Source: Ascoidea asiatica JCM 7603
Lineage: Eukaryota; Fungi; Ascomycota
NCBI GenBank assembly: GCA_001600695.1
Contig: BCKQ01000024.1
Span: 1-64,000, forward strand
Length of the DNA stretch: 64,000 nucleotides
Reading direction: 5' to 3'
Part shown: piece by piece, positions 13,658 to 25,022 of the stretch
Position numbering within the stretch: the stretch's first letter is position 1
Layout of the letters: each line of letters opens with the position of its first letter
The notes under the pieces: generated by a model
Told to the model about the DNA's origin: nothing
Database searches by the model: none
Seen by the model: only the letters and a program-made list of their open reading frames with translations
Translations under genes and position numbers: made by a program

Positions 13658-14215
13658 TCAATTCAAGAAGTTTATGATTGTAATGATGAAAAAAAAAGTA
13701 AAGATAGAAAAGATCAAATTCAAATTTTCAAAGAAACAACTTATAATAATATCAAAGGTTTTTCTCCATTTTCAAATCAATCATTATCACCAATGTCAAA
13801 TAAGACATTATCACCAATTCAAACACAATTACCAATTGATTATTCAAATTCAAATTCAAATTCAACAATTTATTCAACACAAACATATTCAGGCTCAAAT
13901 TTTTTAAGAAGTTCTTCACATTCTTCTTCTTTTTCAAATAATTTAAACTTATTGCAAAACTCAAATCAAATACAATATGCAAATAATAATAGTATCTCAG
14001 AATTACCTTCAATATATTATCATATCATAGGTTCATCAACTAAAAATCATAATATAAATAATAGTATAAATAATAATTTAAATAATAATGATAAGTTTAA
14101 ATTCAATAGTTCAATAAATGGAAATGGTAAAAAGGACAGTTTTTCTACTCAAAATAAAAGTAATTTTGGATTTAAAGAAAAATTACCATCCCCATCAGAA
14201 TTAGGACTTTTATAA
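13109..14215 (+). CDS. Three-finger C2H2 transcription factor, Rme1-like
   Basis: CKNC..HFDLIH, CPFNDCEYSIIGL..HFDKH and CLDC..RRKANYIRHIQTH. The CPFxxCxxxIxGL second finger resembles Rme1. Basic N-terminus and Asn/Ser-rich C-terminus ending KLPSPSELGLL. Confidence 0.72.
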
Positions 14216-14822
14216 TAAGTTAAATTAATACTATTCTCTTCAATTAATGGATTTTCAATGTATTTCTGTTTTTTTTTGCTCTACCTTCATTAATTCATTA
14301 CAAATTTTAACTAACTATATAGAAAGCTAAGGAAGCCCATAATAGACCATTTACCTACGTAATATACTTTCTACTCTATTATTTTCTCAAACATTTTCAA
14401 TTTCACCTTTAATTTTACTCTTTAATTTCACTTTTTAATTTTACTTTTAATTTTACTTTTAAATTTTATTTTCTTCCCCTTTCTTCTCTAATTTTATTTT
14501 CTTCCTTTTCCAGTAAATCCTAATCGCTTAATACACTAACAAATATCTATCGAATCAAAACTCTTCTTTCCAAGTGAGAATATGAAATCTTCTCTAGATA
14601 AATGACTGAGAGATATAAAAATCAACAATTCATTCAGAAATAAATAAAATTGTGGTTGAATTTAAAATTATTTTATCTTTTTGGGAAATAAACTTTTGAG
14701 GCCAATTGGCTTTGCAAGATTACGCACTTCGCTGTGCAGAACTAGGTCATTTAATAATAATACTTTGATGTACACATCTACCCAAATAAGGTATACAAAT
14801 GCTACAGTCTGCAAGCCACAAA

Positions 14823-15120
14823 AAAAGTTTATTTCTTGAGAGATTCTTGTTTGTTCCAAAAACGGAAAATATCCAAAATTTAGTAAATTTAGTAAATTCT
14901 AGTTATCAATAGCCACAACTATAAATTGAAGAATTTATCAAAGAAGGTGGTTATTTCTATGAGGATATGCAAACTATAAAGGAGTAACCGTGGTTGAGAC
15001 CGAAAAAGTAACCAGATTCATTCAAGGTCTTCGTCATTGACTGAAATTATTTGAGACTTTCAGCTTGTAGATAAAATCATATAAAAGAAAAAACGAACTA
15101 CACTAGATGATTTAAAAGTT
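14823..15120 (+). mobile_element. Decayed LTR-retrotransposon gag (capsid) fragment
   Basis: Manual translation across stops and frameshifts: KSLFLERF..., IEEFIKE..., ETEKVTRFIQGLRH*, RTTLDDLK. This follows the order and spacing of Ty3/gypsy capsid C-terminal motifs. Confidence 0.45.
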
Positions 15121-16045
15121 CACTGATAGCGAGATCTAAAAAAATCAGACTAGCTGATTTTTGAATTCTAAATTTGAAAGGAAATTAGAGGTTTCAACTT
15201 GAATTCAACTTGAATTTGCTGTAATGAGATTCTTAGCTCTAGTATTTGGTAACGTGGAATTTGACTAAGATGTCCTTTTTCCTTATCATAACTTAAAAGA
15301 GAATTTCATTTGACTTTAGACTGGATCTTATTTTACTCACATCCTTGTTCAAAAATACCAGCAGAAATTCTCAACTGCATTAAATTCTGCTGCGGTAGAA
15401 ATGATAACATTTGATAACATTTCAATATTTTTTAGCTGTCGTTTCTCTTCTTCCCATGATAAACTCAAGTTACAAAAATGGGTTTTTAGACTTTCTTTAT
15501 TTCCAGTGTGATGGGTGTTATTGTACCGTGTCAAAGTGCGTTTTAAAAAGTGCGTTTTTATTTTTATTCCATTGTTCTGGGTCGCGTTGAACTGCAACAT
15601 TATACATTTTACCACAATGCTGGTTTTTTCTTACCGTTAACCTTAATTCTAGCCGAATACTCCAAAAAGTGTCTGTTTGAGAAGCGATCAACGTTGAAAA
15701 TAAAAGAAGATCTAAAATTAAACACGTTTTTTTTTTTGATTATCTGAAATATTCCTTCAAAAGTTTAGTAAACATATGGCACGTAAATGGTAAATTATTT
15801 TTATGAATAAATAAGTCTATTGTTGATTATGAAGTATTTTATTGATATACCTGATAAGCAGTTTTTTCAAGTTCTTAGTTCTTTGTAGAAGTTTGGTTTT
15901 TAAAAAAGAAAATTACTCAGGTTCCCAAAATAATTTTGTTTCCTTTTGATCAAAACAATATATCTTCAATTAATTTTAATTTCCTCATTTTGTTTTGAAA
16001 AATTAAAAAAATTAAAACAATTAAAAAATCAAGGCTTAAAAAATT

Positions 16046-17971
16046 ATGGAATTACCCTTTTTTATAAATCTTTTAAATGATTTTAAATTATTTTCAAAAT
16101 TTCGAAGGTATTCTCGTAAATCATTAACAATATCTCTTATAATTTTTTTCATTTTTTTTATATTCATTCAAGCTTCAATATATTTTAATACAACTTCTCA
16201 AGATAAAATTCAAAATTCAATTCAATTTGATCAACAATATATTGATGATATAAAACTTGATGAAAATGATCAATTGAAAGATAATAAACAAAATTTAGAT
16301 TCAAATAATGATAATAATAATATATTATCACCAATTTCAAATATTGCAAAAAATTCAAAATATTCTTCAACTGAATTATTATCTTTTGATTCATATTCAT
16401 CAAAATATAATAAAAATATCCAAATTTCATATCCAAAAATAATTTTACCAACTTCTCATTTAAAAACTTATAGAAATCAAATTCTTGAAAATTATAAAGA
16501 AATTTCAAAATTATTTGATGATTCTTTTGCAGATAATGAAGATGAAATTATAAATAAAAATTGGTATCAATATGGTGCAGGTTCAATATTTTTAAATTCA
16601 ATTAAAAAACATTTTTTAATTTCAAGAGTAATTTATTCTAAAATTCATCAAAAAAATCAACCATGGATAAGTTTTATTGCTTTACAATTATTTAATAAAG
16701 ATAATTTTGAAGAATTTAATGAACAAAAAGAATTAAATCAATTAATAAAATTTGGTCCAAATTTAGATCAAATTTTTCAAATCAATTCTCCAAAATTATT
16801 ATTAGTACCTGATACTTATATTAAAATTTCTTCAATAATGACTGATAGATATTATGGTCCAGAAGATCCAAGAATAATTTTAAAAAAAACTTATTATAAT
16901 TTTTATTTTAATAATAAATTAATTAAACAGTTAGAATATGAAGAACCTTTAATAATATTTAATATGATGACTAATAAAGATTTTGATTATAAAAGAATGA
17001 TTCATGGTTATTTACCATTTCAAGATAAAAAAATAATTTTTCAAATAAAAAATCAAGAAATTAAAAAAACTGAAAAAAATTGGGCACCTTTTTTTAATAA
17101 TGATTTAAAAAATATTATTCATATTACAATTGTAAATGAAGAAATTGCAAAAGAAGTTAAAAATTATAATAATGAGAATACAAATGAAAAAATTAATAAT
17201 TTTGATTTTAATTTCTCAAATGGTTATTTAAATTTTATTTATTCTATAAAACCTTTAGAAATATTAACTTGTAATTTGGATAATGGAAATTGTAAATTTG
17301 CTTCTAAAGAGGAAGTAAAAGAAGAAGTAAAGAAAGAATTGAATGAAAAAGAAGAAGAAGAAAAGCAAGAGGAAAAAGAAAAAGAAGATCTTTCTATTGG
17401 AAGTATGAGAGGAGGAACTAATTTAATTGAATTACCAAGAACTGAAAAAACAATTGAGATTTTAAAAGATTATAATATTTGGATTTCATTTCCAAGATCA
17501 CATATTAATGATTGTGGATGTGGACATGTGATGTATAGACCATCGTTAATGATGATTGTAAATAAAAAAAATTCAAATAATTATAATATTGAATTATTAT
17601 CAAGTAGTATTGATTTCAATTTAGATGTTATGAGTTGGAATGGTAATACATTTGAATCATGTAATGGATTTCAAAGTGTTTTAATTCCAAATAATATAGC
17701 ATATTGGGGCATTGATGATAATGATAATAATAATGATAGTGATAATAATAATGAAAATATTGATTATATGGCTATAATATTATCAGAATCAGATGTAAAT
17801 AATTTTGTTATACATGTTAAAGGAATTTTAAATTATATATTAGAAATTGAATTTTTTAAAAATAAAAAAATTGGATCAATTCCAAGTTCAGATATTGTTA
17901 AAATTGCAATGAAAGATTCAAGAAGATATTGTGCAGAATATGGTAAAAGTCATGGCGGAAATATTAATTAA
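16046..17971 (+). CDS. Beta-1,2-mannosyltransferase (BMT, GT91 family)
   Basis: Type II membrane anchor near aa 27-47. Motifs GPEDPRII, EKNWAPFF, GSMRGGTNLI, CGCGHVMYRP, SVLIPNNI. Confidence 0.9.
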   Translation: MELPFFINLLNDFKLFSKFRRYSRKSLTISLIIFFIFFIFIQASIYFNTTSQDKIQNSIQFDQQYIDDIKLDENDQLKDNKQNLDSNNDNNNILSPISNIAKNSKYSSTELLSFDSYSSKYNKNIQISYPKIILPTSHLKTYRNQILENYKEISKLFDDSFADNEDEIINKNWYQYGAGSIFLNSIKKHFLISRVIYSKIHQKNQPWISFIALQLFNKDNFEEFNEQKELNQLIKFGPNLDQIFQINSPKLLLVPDTYIKISSIMTDRYYGPEDPRIILKKTYYNFYFNNKLIKQLEYEEPLIIFNMMTNKDFDYKRMIHGYLPFQDKKIIFQIKNQEIKKTEKNWAPFFNNDLKNIIHITIVNEEIAKEVKNYNNENTNEKINNFDFNFSNGYLNFIYSIKPLEILTCNLDNGNCKFASKEEVKEEVKKELNEKEEEEKQEEKEKEDLSIGSMRGGTNLIELPRTEKTIEILKDYNIWISFPRSHINDCGCGHVMYRPSLMMIVNKKNSNNYNIELLSSSIDFNLDVMSWNGNTFESCNGFQSVLIPNNIAYWGIDDNDNNNDSDNNNENIDYMAIILSESDVNNFVIHVKGILNYILEIEFFKNKKIGSIPSSDIVKIAMKDSRRYCAEYGKSHGGNIN

Positions 17972-18003
17972 TATATACAGTATATATAAAATAATAATTA
18001 TTT

Positions 18004-19164
18004 TTATTTTTGAGTACCAAAAGCTTCATGAAAATTAGTTAATACAAATCTATAACGTACATCACCTTTATCTAATCTTGTTAAACCTTGATGAATACCA
18101 GCTTCACTAATTGGAATTTCTTCAACCCATGGTTTAATATTATATTTTACAGATAAATTTAATAAATCAATTGCTTCATTTCTTGAACCAAGAGCAGAAG
18201 AAGACATTCTTGAAGCATTATTTAAAAAAGATGTTGTTGAAACTTCAAAATTTTCAGCAGATTCAGGAATTCCAACAGAAATAAAAAATCCTTTAACTTT
18301 TAAAACTTTTAAATATTGATCAATTGTAATTCCACTTAAACCAGAAGCACAAGATAAAATTAAATCAAAATTATCAAATAATTTTTCATTCCAATTTTTT
18401 TCAATACCAGTTGCAATATAATAATCTGCACCCATTTCTAAAGCTTGATTTTTTTTAGAATCAGATCTTGAAAATGCCCAAACTTTTGCACCTAAAGCTT
18501 TTGCAATCATTATAGCCATATGACCTAAACCACCAATACCAACAATACCAATATTTTTACCATTTAAAGGTTTTTCATCGAATTTTAAATTTTGATTTGA
18601 AATTGAAATTAATGGAGAATATACAGTTAAACCACCACATAATAATGGAGCAACATATTTACTTTCAATTTGATCTGGAATTTTAAAAACAAAATGATCT
18701 TGAACTCTAATATGAGAAGCATAACCACCTTGAGAAATATAACCATTTGAATAATAATTATTATAAGTAAAAACTAAATTTGGACAATATTGTTCATTAT
18801 TATTTAAACATCTATTACATTTATGACAAGAATAAGCTTGAGCACCAACACCAACTCTATCACCAATTTTTAATAAAGTTTTATTATTTTTATTAACATT
18901 TGAACCAATTTTAATAATTTTTCCAACAATTTCATGGCCAACAATTTGACAATTTTGATTAAATTTATTATTATTTGAATCAATTTTTAATTTACCCCAA
19001 GAAGATTTTGCAGTTAATAAATCTGATCCACAAATTCCACAACATTCAATTTCAATATCAATATCATTATTATTAAATTCTTTTGGTTCAAAATATTCTA
19101 AAGTTGGATTTTTCCAATCTTTACTAATACTATAACCTGTGAATTTTTCTGGATATTGAGACAT
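18004..19164 (-). CDS. NADPH-dependent cinnamyl-type alcohol dehydrogenase (ADH6/ADH7-like), copy A
   Basis: CGICGSD, GHEIVG, structural Zn site CxxCxxC..C, APLLCGGLTVYSPL, GIGGLGH, DVRYRFVL. Confidence 0.95.
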   Translation of the reverse strand: MSQYPEKFTGYSISKDWKNPTLEYFEPKEFNNNDIDIEIECCGICGSDLLTAKSSWGKLKIDSNNNKFNQNCQIVGHEIVGKIIKIGSNVNKNNKTLLKIGDRVGVGAQAYSCHKCNRCLNNNEQYCPNLVFTYNNYYSNGYISQGGYASHIRVQDHFVFKIPDQIESKYVAPLLCGGLTVYSPLISISNQNLKFDEKPLNGKNIGIVGIGGLGHMAIMIAKALGAKVWAFSRSDSKKNQALEMGADYYIATGIEKNWNEKLFDNFDLILSCASGLSGITIDQYLKVLKVKGFFISVGIPESAENFEVSTTSFLNNASRMSSSALGSRNEAIDLLNLSVKYNIKPWVEEIPISEAGIHQGLTRLDKGDVRYRFVLTNFHEAFGTQK

Positions 19165-19419
19165 TTTAAATAAGTTAGATTAATAAATAGATAAGTTAAA
19201 AATATATTTTAATTATAAATTGATTTTGTGTTCAAAAGTATCAAAAAAATAAAATTTTTATTGATTAGTAATGTGAATTGAATTGAAAATTTAATCTAAA
19301 TAAATTAAAAAAAAAGAAGAAAAGGAAGAAATTCTCCCTTTTTATATTGATGTATTTTACCAGATATTCATTTATTTAGATCTTTATCCAGAGTGGCAAT
19401 AGACAGTTTTTTTCACTAA

Positions 19420-20000
19420 TTGCAGTTTATACCCCCCCCCCCCCCCCCAAAGAGTGAATTATTAGTGAAATCAGTGTTAAATCTCGGAGAAGATGAATAT
19501 ATCGAGAAGAAGCTGCCGCCAGGAAGCCTAAAGCGACGCCAAGATCACGGTACTTCTATACAAAACCCCCCCCCCCCCCCAATAGCAAGTGTTCTGCAAG
19601 AGGAACAGAATCTTTTACGCTTTTGAGACCAGCACATGACCGAAGTGTTGGATTCTCAGACCACCGCGCAAGAATTACCTCAAAGGGGAACAGACACAAA
19701 AATGGAATCGGACACGGATCTGACATGGATATTGCACGGTTTTGATACGGACTGTTTTGCGGATATTTCAGCGAAACGGAGTCCTGGAGAAAGAAACGCA
19801 GAGGGGAACCAGAACCAGAAATAGAACCAGAAAAACAAACGGCTGGAGTCAGGTGGAGTACCCTCGGAAGTGCAAAAGCCTAATGAGGAAGTACTTAATG
19901 CAGTTAATGGATGGGTTTGTTTGGTTGAGCTGGGTTAATTTCCCGGCTCAGTGCTCGTACAGGAAGGTGCTTGGCATTCGCTACAGATTCCGCAAGAACA
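19420..20000. promoter_or_regulatory. GC-rich island between the divergent ADH-A and EAF-domain genes, with C17 and C15 tracts and repeated ACGG/CGG half-sites
   Basis: C17 at 19432-19448, C15 at 19566-19580, and several (C/A/T)ACGG words between 19545 and 19845. Confidence 0.5.
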
Positions 20001-20324
20001 TGTATGGCATGTTACAAATCTGAATAATTCATAGTACTATTTTAACTAGGCATAGTAAAACTAGTACTATGAATTATTAAGGGTTATTGAATAATGATAT
20101 TTTTACTTTTTTACTTTTTATTTATTGTTCAAGATTTATAATTTTTAATTTTTAATTTATAATATATAATTTATAATTTATAATTTATAATTTATAATTT
20201 ATAATTTCAATGAAAGTTTTAATTAAAGGATTAATAAGAAATAGAATTAGAATAGAATCTAATATAATCGATTATTAATCAAAAGAAAAGAAAACAGAAG
20301 CTATATAAATTATATAAATATTAA

Positions 20325-20870
20325 ATGTCAAGTGAATTTATTATTCCAGATGGTGAATATGATATTGATTTATTTCCTTCAATATTTGATCCAAATTATA
20401 TAGATAAAAGAAATAATCCAACAAAAGATGAAATAATAAATACAAATACAAATAAAAATAAAAGTAAAAATGTCAAGAAAATTAGAAATGATTTTAATGA
20501 ATCTAATGATTCTAATGAAAAAGAAATAGTTTTGGCAATAAGATATGGTTTTAAACCAGATTCATTAGATGAATCAAAACCATTAAAAATTTATAAAAAT
20601 ACAATCAATGATAATGTATTTGATAATGAATATTATATGGAATCAAAAACTTTTGAAGATTCTTTATTAATATTTCAAGGATCAACTGTACCTTTAAATA
20701 ATGATTATATATTATTATTTAATAATAATAACAACAATAACAATAATAACAACAATAATCAATGTGAATTATTACCATTAACAAATCTGTTAAAATTTAA
20801 CAAAATGAGAAACAATAGACCTTTATTATCTCATATGTCTAAAATTAGAAAAAATTTAGAAAATTTGGAA

Positions 20871-20913
<43 letters not shown>

Positions 20914-21968
20914 TACAAAATAATGAAAATTTAGAGAATACTATTAATGATAGTAATAATAATACTCCAAAAAGGAAAATAAAAGCTAATTTACCATTAA
21001 TTCAAGAAAATGATAAAGAAATAATAATGAATTTTGATTCTTTTGAAGATCCAAATTTAAGTTCCAATTCAAATTCCAATTCAAATTTCAATTCAAAATC
21101 ATCTCAATCACAATCAAAAGCTGTAATAAATACAACTACAAAAGGTAAAAGAGGTAGAAAATTAGGTTCTAAAAATAAACCTAAAAATTCCGATGATAAT
21201 AATAATAATAATAATAATCATGAAAATCAAGTTCCAAAAATACCTGGAAAAAGAGGTAGAAAACCAAAATCAGAAACTCAAAAATTTGCATCAAAATCAA
21301 TTCCGAAATCAATTCCGAAATCAATTCCGAAATCAATTCCAAAATCTAATTCAAGTTCAAAATCAACAATTTCAGTTGGTGGTAAAAGACCTCCAGCAAG
21401 TTCAAATTTAAGTTCAAGTTTAAATTCAATGCCATCAATTGGATCAAAGAGATTACCATCAAAGACACCATCTCCTGTGCCTATATTAGATTCTCAAGAA
21501 GAAGAATCAGATGCAGATGAAGATGATCCAAATCCAGCAGTTATTCCACAATATAATATTAATAACAGCAATAATAATAATGTGATAGAAGATAATGGAA
21601 ATGATGATGATTTAGGATCTTTAATGGATGAACTTGAAAGTGCAGTTGAGAATAATAATGAAGATGATGATTTAGATATGATGAGTGATGTTGATCTTGA
21701 TGTAAATGATTTTAATTTAGTTATTGAAGATACAAATACTAATAGTAATAATAATAATAATAATAATAGTAATTATAATAATACTCGAAATACTAGTACT
21801 AATAATAATTATAATAATAATAATGGAAATGGAAATAATAATAGTAATAGTAATAACAATAACTTTTTAAAGGCTAATGAGAATAAAAAACCAATAAGTT
21901 TAAGAGGATTACTTGGAGATGATGAAGAAAGTGATGAAGATTTTTCAAGTAGTAGTGAAGAAGAGTGA
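20325..21968 (+). CDS. ELL-associated factor (EAF) N-terminal domain protein with two AT-hook-like motifs
   Basis: IPDGEYDIDL, LAIRYGFKPDSLD and IFQG...DYILLF match the EAF domain pattern (RYxFKPxSxD). Also KRGRKLGSKNKPK, KRGRKPK, (SIPK)x4, and a C-terminal KKPISLR plus acidic tail. Confidence 0.75.
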
Positions 21969-22210
21969 AAAAGAGTGATATAAATAATAAAGTAGTTTAT
22001 TTACATTGGCGTTTAAGAAATAATTAATAAAAATATATGTATTTATAGAAATGATTGAATAAGATGATTGATTATATGAATATGTGAATAAGATGATTAT
22101 AATACAGAATAATACAAGAAGATATAAGATAGAGATAGATAAAAATAAAAATAAAGATAGAAATAAAAGAGAGAGAGAGGGAGATGAGATATAAGAATAA
22201 GATTTTTAAT

Positions 22211-22417
22211 TTATAGAACACATCTACAAGATTTACAAAAATCATGAGCACAATAAAGATTACATTGATAAAATTTTTTTTTACTTGGATTTTCAACCGA
22301 ATTTAATCTTCTACATTTACAACATCTCCAATAAAAAATTTTCTGTTTTTTATATTTTGCAGGAATTATTTCATTTGAATAACCATTAAAAGGACGTTCT
22401 TTGAAATATTGTGACAT
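22211..22417 (-). CDS. 68-aa Cys-rich putative zinc-binding microprotein
   Basis: True ATG start and host-like A/T-ending codons. Ordered motif W-x-C-C-x-C-x3-N...C-x3-C-x-H-x2-C-x2-C (8 Cys, 1 His). It lies in its own intergenic space with a GC-rich island upstream (23130-23330). Confidence 0.65.
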   Translation of the reverse strand: MSQYFKERPFNGYSNEIIPAKYKKQKIFYWRCCKCRRLNSVENPSKKKFYQCNLYCAHDFCKSCRCVL

Positions 22418-24112
22418 ATTATATGTATTAATTGATTGAGTAATTGATTGATTGAATGAGTAATTGATTTATTAATTGATTGGTTAATAGAATAATATAA
22501 TAGATTATATAGTATATAATATAGAAATATAATTAATTGAGATTTAATAAATGTAGGAAAAATTGAAAAGTATTTATATTATTTTGAGAATATAGTGTAT
22601 TATTATTATTATTATTATTAGTAATAGTAAAATTATATTTGCAATTTATTGTATGTAAGTAATTGTAACAGAATAGTGGAGTAAATAAATTTATTAAAAG
22701 AATAAAAGAATAAATTGACTGAGTAATTGAGTAATAGATTGATAGTAAAGTTTCGTAACGTTATATCACAGGATTATTAGTAGTGTAATGTACCATTTTA
22801 ATATATTTTTAATTGAATTTTCAATTTAAACTTAATTGAAATTTATTATTTATGAATAAAAAGTGAATAAAAGTTGAGTTGAATAATAAATAAATTGAAG
22901 AGTCATTTGAGTGATAATGATAAGTATTGAAAACTCGAGAATAAAGAAAAAGTAGTAATAATAAAGCTAATAATGATAATAATAAAAGCAATAATAAAGA
23001 TAAAACAAAGAGATAAAAGAGTAAAGATAAAAATAAAGATAAAAATAAAGATAAAGAAAATAGAGCAAATGAAGAAAGAAAATAAAAAAATTGGGAGGTT
23101 TCGTATGAATCATTTCTGAATCATTTCTGAATCATGACGTAGGCGTGGCGGTGTTGGTGGCCGAGGAGTGGCAAGCGTGGCGGGAAGTGGCATGACAGGC
23201 GAGTACACAGCCGAGGAAACGCACGCAGAGCAGAAAAGCACGTGGCAACACGCTTGCTTTGGCCCGCCCGGAAGTAGTCCCAAGTTGCCACATTGGGCGG
23301 TCTCTCTTTTTGTGACCACTTCAATATAATGATAATAACTAATCTACGATTACAACTGAGATTACAACTGAGATTACAATGGAGGGAAATAAGTTCAAAC
23401 CAAATCAACAGAGCAAGAGAAAGAGAAATCAAAGAGAAAGAAAAGAAAAAAAAAACTGAGTCACAAAGAGATGAAAGAAGTAAAGAATAACCTGCTGGTT
23501 GATTGATTGTATTCAATTTCATCTTCTCAAACTTATTATCATTCTAATCTTTAAATCTTTGAATATTTAAATCTTTAGGATCCTTTATCTTTTATCTTTT
23601 ATCTTTTATCTTTCCAATCATTTGCAAGAATCAGTAATCAAAATTCATTGATGGTAATCAGATTTAGAATAATCCTTAATTTATTCTTCATTTGTTTTCA
23701 TGTCTTCTCTTGAAATCATTCGCCGTGAATTTTAAATTATATTCAAATTCGTATCAACATCTAACTTACTTCAGTAAGTACTCTTATAATACTTATATAT
23801 TCGTAAATTTAAATGAACTACTTTAGTCTCATTAGTCTCATTAGTCTCATTAGTCTCATTGAATTACTTACTGTCTGTCTTCTCATCAGAGATGCTCAAA
23901 TACAATTTGAATAAATACAAATTGAATAAAAGAAAGAGTTCCATGATTCTGGCTTCAATGTCCAATCTCCTCACAATTCGCTTAAAAACACTGTATCAAT
24001 ACAAATTGATGAGTTTTTCATTCAGATTTAAAGTACGTAAATAAATTATTATTATATTAGTCAATATTCAATAACCAGTACTTACTAATCAATAATTAAT
24101 ATCAAACACATA

Positions 24113-24943
24113 ATGTCTTCAATTCAAATATATTTAAAATCAAAAGAATTTAAACATTTATTATTTGATTGGTTCATAGTTTTATTTTTATTACTTGAAG
24201 TTATAATAATTGGTGAAAATACAATTCCATTCATTAGAGATTTCTCAATTAATGATCAATCAATTAATCATCCATTTATAAAAAATGAAAGAGTAAATAT
24301 TTCTTTATGTATATTTCTTTCATTTAATATTCCAATTTTAATAATATTCTTAATAATATTTATTCTGAAATCTTCTTCAAATAAAAATTTTATTTCAAAA
24401 TTACATCTTTTTAATATTTCATTTTTATCTTTATGTCTTTCTTTAAGTTTAGATATATTTTTAACAGATATACTTAAAAATTGGATTTCAAAACCAAGAC
24501 CTGATTTTTTATCAAGATGTTTACCAAAATTAGATAATTCAAATAATTTTTTAATTTGTACAAAACCATTTGGTGAATCTATTTATCTTGATGGTTTTAG
24601 ATCATGTCCTTCTGGTCATTCAAGTATTTCATTCTCTGGTTTATTTTTTTTATCATTATGGTTAATTAATCAATTTAATTTATTTAAAAAAAATCAAAAT
24701 TTTTATAAATTAATTTTATCATTTTTACCAACTTTATTAGCAATTTATATCTCTTTATCAAGAACTCAAGATTATAGACATCATTTTTTTGATATTATTT
24801 TTGGTGCTTTAATTGGTTTAATTATTTCTTCAATTATTTTTTATAAATATTTTAATTCAAATTCAATATTATATGATAACTCTTTTACAAATAATAATCT
24901 TAGTAATAATATAAATAATAAAGATCCAGTTTTACCAATATAA
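24113..24943 (+). CDS. PAP2-family lipid phosphate / diacylglycerol pyrophosphate phosphatase (DPP1/LPP1-like)
   Basis: Three PAP2 motifs: KNWISKPRP, PSGHSS and SRTQDYRHHFFD. About six hydrophobic segments. Confidence 0.93.
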   Translation: MSSIQIYLKSKEFKHLLFDWFIVLFLLLEVIIIGENTIPFIRDFSINDQSINHPFIKNERVNISLCIFLSFNIPILIIFLIIFILKSSSNKNFISKLHLFNISFLSLCLSLSLDIFLTDILKNWISKPRPDFLSRCLPKLDNSNNFLICTKPFGESIYLDGFRSCPSGHSSISFSGLFFLSLWLINQFNLFKKNQNFYKLILSFLPTLLAIYISLSRTQDYRHHFFDIIFGALIGLIISSIIFYKYFNSNSILYDNSFTNNNLSNNINNKDPVLPI

Positions 24944-25022
24944 TACTATTATATAATACTATTATATAATATTATTATATATATATACTGTATATAGATA
25001 TAAAAGAAATATATTATTATTA

